NCBI GenBank assembly: GCA_964016885.1
Contig: OZ024746.1
Coordinates: forward strand, 40,362,001-40,426,000
DNA: 64,000 bases
Reading direction: 5' to 3'
Source of the DNA: Eledone cirrhosa
Taxonomy: Eukaryota
Part shown: positions 56,581 through 64,000 of the stretch, one piece after another
How positions within the stretch are numbered: position 1 is the first letter of the stretch
How the letters are laid out: each line of letters starts with the position of its first letter
Made by a program: the position numbers and the translations under genes
The notes under the pieces: model-generated
What the model was told of the DNA's origin: nothing
Databases searched by the model: none
Seen by the model: only the letters and a program-made list of their open reading frames with translations

Positions 56581-56766
56581 ATGACATATTCCATGAATGT
56601 CCTGTCAGCCCATGCAGACGCTTTATGGTCTGCACTATGTACCAAATTGAAACATAGTGTTGTATTTATTGATAATGTGTCTTCGGAAATTCTCCATTGG
56701 AATGGTGGCCTCACAAGACTTGCAAAAGCTGGAGTTATTGACATTAAAGAATTTTCTTCTTTTGAG
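56581..56766 (+). CDS. SCFD2: Sec1 family domain-containing protein 2, first coding exon (acceptor at 56553-56554 implies an upstream non-coding exon)
   Basis: W..L..K.K..VV..D....E.LHW..G.TRL matches the SCFD2 N-terminus (WEQVLAKVKRAVVYLDAACAESLHWGCGSTRL); donor GAG|GTAAGA. Confidence 0.88.
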
Positions 56767-58043
56767 GTAAGATTTATATTTAACTTGAAATACATATGGT
56801 AGGTTTGTTGATGAAATTCTTATTTCATCATCATCATTTGTTCACGATTTCATGATGATGATGATTTCATTGTATTATTATTAAATAATAATGCAGTGGA
56901 TTGGCAGTATTGGTAGAGCGTCAGACACCTTGCTTTGCAGCATAAAGTTATGAACCTTTACATTCTGTGTTCAAATTCCGCTGAGGTTAGCTTTGCCTTT
57001 CATCCTTACGGGGTCGATAAAATAAAGTACCAATACTGCACTGGGGTAATTGCTGGCCTTGTGCCTAAAGTAGAAACAATTATTATTAATCGAAAAGAAA
57101 AATAATTAAATTAGACCAAACTGCTTTTAACTTTCTCTTCATCCTCAATTTTAAAAAAAATTTAATGACTAACCTTTTTATTACTAAAATACTTGAAACT
57201 GCTCCTGGTTCTATGATACAAAACTGTTTTATTTTAAAGTGTTTAAATATTTATCTAAAAACCTTTCCTTATAATTTAATGTAAAAACCTTTGTTAAGTT
57301 ATATTTCAAACACCGGCTTAATAATGAGGAAGTAAATTATTTTACTAAATTCCTTTAAAGTTTTCATGTAAAAAAAAATTATTTGAAAATCAAATGCAGT
57401 GTCTTTTATTAGAAATATGATAACGGTTGTTAGCTGTCTGGACACTGCATCCTTCAAAACTTCCATGTTTCCTGAAATTCGTCAACACTACACCTGATAT
57501 TCTCCCTCCACACACATGCATGTATGTGTGTCTGTGTGTATATCATGACTCATAGACTGTTCTCTTTCCTGACATTTGTACATTATTCTATGTACTATAC
57601 ATGCACCTTTGAGGAGTTGTAGTGCACCTGAGCACTGAACACAATCATTTTCATTATATAAAAGCATTCTTAGGCTTATTTCATTGTACCATTATATAGT
57701 GAGGATTAAATTAAAGTTTTGAAGAATGTTTAAGTTTTTTTATTTCTTAGTTAACTTTTAACATTCTGTAATGATTTAGTAGAAAATATCTAAAAAGAAT
57801 AGATTTATTAATTCAAATGTTTATAGTGTCTTTATTACTAGATGGATCATTATAAAATGTTGAAGTATTAGACTTTAATTTTTAATGTGCAATGAGGCAG
57901 TCATGATGCTGTTTTGTACTTTTCAAAAATGTCTTGCTAATGTGGTTTCATATGGTACAGGACATTAAGTGTTAAAGATAAGATTTAATTTTGTTTTAAT
58001 TTAATTTCAGTTCTTTTCCTAATTTTTGTTTGTTTGTTTGTAG

Positions 58044-58292
58044 AGAGCTCTTCCTTCTCAAAAGAAAGGAGCTTTCATTGTGAGTTCACTTCTTCAAAAT
58101 GTAACTGCTGCTGTTATCCAAGACATAATTCAATCCAGCCGATTCCAATATGTAATCATTATCACAACTGTGAGCTCCTACACTCATGCCATATGCAAAA
58201 GTACCTATCAGGGAGGTGACTTACCTCCTTCAGCTGGGCAGCTAATATTTGATCAATTTGAAGATAATGTATCAGAGTGGCTTGGAAATCTT
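58044..58292 (+). CDS. SCFD2: SCFD2 coding exon 2
   Basis: QKKGAFIVSSLL...DIIQSSRFQYVIIITTVS...IFDQFEDNVSEWLGNL; 249 nt, phase 0-0. Confidence 0.9.
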
Positions 58293-59712
58293 GTAAGTAT
58301 AACTGTTTATTAAATATATATATGAAATATGGGTGGTTGTGAAGACACATAGTCTAGTGGTTAAGTTGCTGGGCTTATGATCTTAAGGTTGTGACTTCAA
58401 TTCCTGAACTGGGCAGCATGTTATATTCTTGAGCAAGACATTTTATTTCACATTGTTTGAGTCCAATCAGCTGGCAAACATGAGTTGTACCTATAATTCA
58501 AGGAGCCAGCCTTGTCACACATTGTGTCATGTTGAATCTCCCTGAGAACTTCTTTAAGAGTGAATGCTCAGCCATTTACATGAGCAGGTAATTATGTTGA
58601 ATGAATCAACTGGATCACTCATTGACAGTAGCAAATGCAAGAATAGACATATTTTGGTGAATTAGTTTTGAAGAAAAAACCATAACTTATTGACAGTATC
58701 AGTATTTTATTTGTGTAATTAACATGGACCAATATTTTGTATGTACATGTAATTATACATAAGTTCTTTTGAAATCTATTTATCTTAGCTGTTTTAATCA
58801 GATATATTCATAATATATCTATTTAGTTAATTCAAACATACATATTTAAATGAGTATCCTAGTTTTTTCTAATAGTTACACCATATCCCTGCATGTCATA
58901 AGAAGCAACTAAAAGGGTTGGTGTCAGTAAGGGCTTCTAGCTGTAAACATTGTCTGAAAACATCCTGTCCAAGCCAGCTCTTTGTTGTTAAACTTTTGAT
59001 TGTGTTTAAACCTTTTGATGCCAAATCATCTGAAAACACTGCTGGTTATACAATAAAAAACTGTTTCTTTTAAAATGTTTATATTTATCTAAAATCCTTT
59101 CATCATAATTCTATGTAAAAACCTTTATGTTACAAATACCAGCTTAATAATAGGAAAGTTAATTGCATTTCCAAATCCCTTTAGATTCAAGTGTTTGTAT
59201 TTTCATTAGGAATATGGTCGTGAAGTAATTTTAGTGTATGTATGGATCTACAGCTCCTGGTGAAGTTGAAGAGGTGCTGTAGTGACATTTGAGCATTTAA
59301 AACATGGCAGAACTCATCCCTCTCCATGTCTGAACACAGCCAATTTCTTCCAAGTGATATAGAGGAAACGAGAATGAGGTATAGAGGAAGAATTAACCTC
59401 AGTACTGGACTGGTGCTTTTTTATCTACCTGGATATGATGAAAGGCAAAGTTGACACCGGCAGGTTTTGAACTAAGCCATGCTAGCATGGAAGATGGACG
59501 TTAAACAATGATGATCAGTGCAGAGAGCTGGAATGAATAATACAAAGCATTCTATCCAACATTCAAACAGCTCTGCCAATTTGCTGCCTCAAAGAATTTA
59601 CCATTAGTTTGTAAGTTGTAGACGTGACATTATTGCTGATGTATATTTTCAGGATTAAATGTATGTATTTGATATGCCCTCATTCTTGTTCATATTCTTA
59701 TTTCTTTTTCAG

Positions 59713-59856
59713 AATTATACAGTTGAAATCACTCATGTTCCATTATCTACAATATTTCTTGGTGAAAATATTTTCATAACCCCAGCATATACTGAAATGT
59801 TCCCTTTATCAAAAGCAGATGTAAAAGAGATTGATTTACGTATTCGAGCTGCAAGA
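59713..59856 (+). CDS. SCFD2: SCFD2 coding exon 3 (gene continues beyond the window)
   Basis: NYTVEITHVPL...ITPAYTEMFPL matches NYTAEVFHVPL...LTPAFASLFPL; GTAAGT donor. Confidence 0.9.
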
Positions 59857-60018
59857 GTAAGTTTGACTGTCTTTCTTAACAGGCTTTTAACAATTGCAAA
59901 TTACCTGATATTTTGGAAAATTTATAAATATAATAATATTTACTAAAGCTGTTGTATTGTGGCAGTTATATTTTAATTTAAGAATCAAAGTCTTTCATCA
60001 TAACTTTACAATGTTGTT

Positions 60019-60050
<32 letters not shown>

Positions 60051-63000
60051 TTTACATCCGCTTTTCCCTGTTGCAAGGGTGGGATGGGTCTTATTTAGCA
60101 CAGCATCTCTCCACTCGTCACGGTCCCTCGTCATCTTCACTGTGAGCTTCAATGATCTGAGGTCTGTTCTCACCACCTCCGCCCATGTTTTTCGTGGTCT
60201 ACCTCTACCACGTCTTCCTTCAACTGGCAATTCCTGGCACTTCTTCACCCATCGGTCATCCTCCATGCGCATCACATGTCCATACCACCTCAGTCTCCTC
60301 TCCCGTACACTACATTCTATGCCTCTCAGACACAGTTTCTCTCTCAACACATTTATGCTGGGTCGTTCACGCACATTTACACTGCACATCCAATGGAGCA
60401 TGCTTGCCTCATTTCTCTCCAGCCGTCGCATATCCTCTGCAGTTGCTGCCCATGTCTCACTACCATGCAGCATCGCACTCCTCACACAGGCATCATACAA
60501 CCGGCCTTTCGTACGCAGGGAGAAATCCTTCTTCGTCAACAGAGGAAGCAGCTCCCTAAACTTCTTCCAACCCGTCCTTATTCTAGATACTATGGCCTCG
60601 GAACACCCTCCTCCCATGCTAATCTGATCTCCTAGGTACCGGAAGCTATCCACCACTTCTATAGTGCCCTCCTGCATTTGAAAAATGTGTCTATCAATGC
60701 GACTTCTACTGTCTAATTTCCCTGTACATCTACTGCATACATATTTCTCCCTACCTGTTAGTTTGCCTGCTATCCCGCTACATCCCTTGTGTACCCAGGA
60801 TCTGCATTGTGTGCATTTTATAGAATTTATGCCAGTTCCTTTTCTGCATATCGAACATGGCCATTTCCCTGACGGAATCAGGGCTTTGTCCTCTTTTCTA
60901 CTCATCAACACTTTTGTCTTAGCTAGATTCACTCTCAGTCCTCTTGCTTCCAACTGCTGTTTCCATAGCCAGAATTTATTCTCTAGCTCCTCTACTGATT
61001 CTGCTACAAGAACCAGATTGTCAGCATAGAGAAGTTCCCATGGACAGCCAGTCTTAGACTGCTCTGTTATGGCTTGGAGGACTATAATGAACAAGAGCGG
61101 GCTGAGGACCGAACCCTGATGTACTCCTACTTGTATCTGGAATTCCTCACTAAACTCCATTCCTACCCTGACTTTACTGAGAGTACCTCTGTACTTGCAC
61201 TGTCCTCACAAGCCATTCCTCAACACCTAGCTTCCTTAGGGACCACCAGATGACAGATCGGGGTACCCTATCAAAGGCCTTCTCTAGGTCAACAAAGGCT
61301 AAGTATAGTGGCTTATTCTTCTCTAAGAACCTCTCTTGCAATTGTCTCACCAAGAAGAGGGCATCTGTTGTACTCTTCCCAGGCACAAAACCAAACTGCA
61401 TCTCATCTAGTTTGACCCTTTCTCTAATTAGTTGTGCTAAAATCCATTCTGCCACTTTCATAACCTGATCTATCAGTTTTATACCCCTATAATTGCTCCT
61501 TTCCAAAGCATCCCCTTTACCTTTGTAGCAATTTATGAGAATACTGCTGCACCAGTCTTTGGGTATGACACCACCATATATAGCCTGATTGATGATGCGT
61601 GCAACCAGTTTAGTGCCTACGTCCCCTGATGCCTTCAGCATCTCAGCAACTATTCCCGATGGTCCGGCAGCCTTACCATTTTTCATTTCCCTAATCGCCT
61701 CTTGGACCCTATATTCATCAATCTCAATAGCTGGTCCCTCTGTCGGATCTACCAAGGGTAATTTCTCTCTCTCCCATTTGTTCTCTACATTCATCAGTCT
61801 CTCATAATGACATTTCCAGGCCTCCTTTTTTCTGATCATTCATGACACTAAGTACACCGGCATCATCCTGGACACATTTATCTCCAACAACATCCTGATT
61901 TGCATTGACACACTGCCTTGCAATGTGGAACACCGCACGCCTCTGATCTTCCCGTCGCAGAACATTGGCAAACCTCCTACTCTCTGCCTTCCTGCGTGCT
62001 AAGTACAACTGACGTCTAGCTTCTCTCTTAGTGGCTGTATATTCTTCCCTACTCCCACCCTTTTTCCAAGCCTTCCATGCTAGTCTTTTGTCTCTAATAG
62101 CCTTATCTACTGTGCTGTTCCACCATCAGGTCACTCTCTGTCTGGTTGGAGCTCTGCTCCAGCCACAAGTTTCATCAGTAGCCTGCAGCAAGTTGTCACG
62201 TAAGAAATTCCAGTTATTATCTATGTCATACGTCTCTAAATCGTCTTCTTTTTCGTCATATACATCTTGAAGGGCTTTCCTAAATTTGTATTTTAGTGAA
62301 AGGTCTTTTAGCTTCCAGACCTTTCTTCTCCACACCTTCCTATATGTCTCATTCCATCTCTTGCTTACTGAGATATCACTAACAACTAACCTATGCTGTG
62401 GGGTACATTCTTCCCCAGGGTATGCCTTGGTATTAGACACTATCTGCCTGTCCTGCTGCCTAACTAGTAAGAAGTCAATCTGGCTTATGTGCTCACCAGA
62501 TTTGTAGGTTATTAGGTGATTGGCAGGTTTCTGGAAGTTTGTGTTGCAAATAGTCAATGTACCCGCATCACAAAATTCAAGAAGTCTCACTCCTTCTTCA
62601 TTTCTTGAACCGTTACCGTGCCCACCATGTACCCCAGTGTAACCATCCTGGAGCTGTCCAACATGACCATTGAAGTCTCCTGCTAGCATAACGATGTCTC
62701 CGTCCTCTGTCATTGCGGTTGTTTGCAAAACTTGCTCATAAAAGCAGTCTTTCTCATCTTTGCCTAGGCCTGCTTGGGGAGCATAGGCCGAGATGATTGT
62801 CAGTAGTCTCCTACCTACAACTAATCTAAGCTTAATTATTCGATTACTAACTCGAACTACCTCTATTGTCTTATTGATCCATTTCTCAACCAGGAAAATG
62901 CCTACTCCCCCTAACCCATCATCCTTACCTACCCAGAATAGCTTATAGCTAAGACGTTTGCCTACGACTAGTCTCGCAGAGGAACCTCTCCATCTCACCT

Positions 63001-63290
63001 CTTGCACGCAGCACACATCCACCTACCTTCTCTCCAGCATCTCCGCTATTTCAGCAGATCTACCTCTGAGAGTGCCAACATTAAGTGTTGCAACTCTGAG
63101 ATGCGACGTCTTCATATTTTGTTGTTGTTCCTATTTGTTGCTGTGCTGATAAGCGTTTTGGCATTGACACACTGGTTGGATGCCCTTCCTAACACCAGCG
63201 CCACTTTACAGCATGGACTGGGTGCTTTTATTTGTGCCACCAGCACTAGAGAGGATGTCTTACTAGACTCAAGGGCCCTCTCTACCCTTC
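60019..63290 (-). mobile_element. Near full-length, disabled RTE-clade LINE (AP endonuclease + RT with internal PHD finger)
   Basis: ATG 63115 MKTSHLRVATLNVGTL...CVQEVRW, GDFNGH, SQIDF, PQHRLV (APE); FVDLEKAFDRVP, GVHQGSVLSPLLF, YADN, FRYLG (RT). Stops near 63024 and 62127, frameshifts near 61835 and 61180; (ATG)n tail at 60019-60049. Confidence 0.95.
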
Positions 63291-63448
63291 CATTTTACAG
63301 CATGGTCATAAAAAAATTTTTTAAAAACTTATTGACACGACGCACACACACTCACACACCAACACTCATGCATACAAACCACAACCACACACACGCCACT
63401 CACATACCAACACTCATTCATGCATACAATCACACACACCACTCACAA

Positions 63449-63480
<32 letters not shown>

Positions 63481-63559
63481 TACCGACAGTACTGATACAA
63501 ATACAAAATCAAAATCAATATCATGTCAACTGTTGACCTTTCCCAGTCCAGTTCAGCTT

Positions 63560-63960
63560 GTATATAATAATAATAATAATTGTTTGCTTTACGCTGGTAA
63601 TGGCGGTGGTGGTGGTGGTGGATGGTGCCAGTGTGGTGGTGGTGGATGGTCAGTGATGGTGGTGGCAGTTGTTGGTGCTGTAGTTGTTATTGTAGTCGCT
63701 GTTGTTGTTGTTGTTGTTGTTGTTCTTCATTTCACTGCTGCTGTTGCTGCAGACAATGGTGTTGATGCTGTTATTGCTGTCGCATATATACAAATACAGA
63801 CATACACACACATTCAACACAGACAATGGTGTTGTTGCCGTTGTTGTTGGTGTTGCTGCTGTTGTTGTTGTAGTTGTTGCTGTGTTGAAATCTGGTCGCA
63901 TCCACTGAGATATACATATACACACACATATATATATATGTATATACACATACATACATC
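63560..63960. repeat. Mixed simple repeats (TAA)n, (GGT)n, (GTT/GCT)n, (CA/TA)n
   Basis: Directly visible. Confidence 0.9.
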
Positions 63961-64000
63961 AAAAGAGTCAGCAGTATGTCAACAGGGAACAGGTCAGCCA

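Noticed and set aside
60079-61807. Plus-strand ORFs of 70-180 aa (also 9473-10023 and 7682-8212)
   Set aside because: Antisense shadows of LINE ORF2.
63650-63962. Poly-T/N/H and poly-L/V ORFs
   Set aside because: Trinucleotide simple repeats with no splice or homology support.

Overview
AT-rich, microsatellite- and SINE-dense eukaryotic DNA; the repeat landscape suggests an octopus/coleoid cephalopod (inference). Three intron-containing genes lie on the + strand: the last two coding exons of a CLHC1-like gene (1-2645), a complete symplekin gene (SYMPK; 32 coding exons traced by hand with consistent GT-AG sites and phases, 5318-50871, about 1243 aa) and the first three coding exons of SCFD2 (56581-59856). 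Introns carry a near full-length but disabled RTE-clade LINE with a PHD finger inside its RT, a young 5'-truncated RTE copy with a 9-bp TSD, a deleted piggyBac with TIRs and TTAA, a Penelope-like GIY-YIG fragment, two tRNA-derived SINE families and several MITEs. The most unusual signal is a set of unrelated fold-back (inverted-repeat) insertions whose axis sits on or beside a hammerhead-ribozyme core (CUGANGA...GAAAC-palindrome-GUH), some with long G.U-supported stem II. Two SYMPK 3' splice sites are also embedded in repeat-derived sequence. All calls are by eye; no search or folding program was run.
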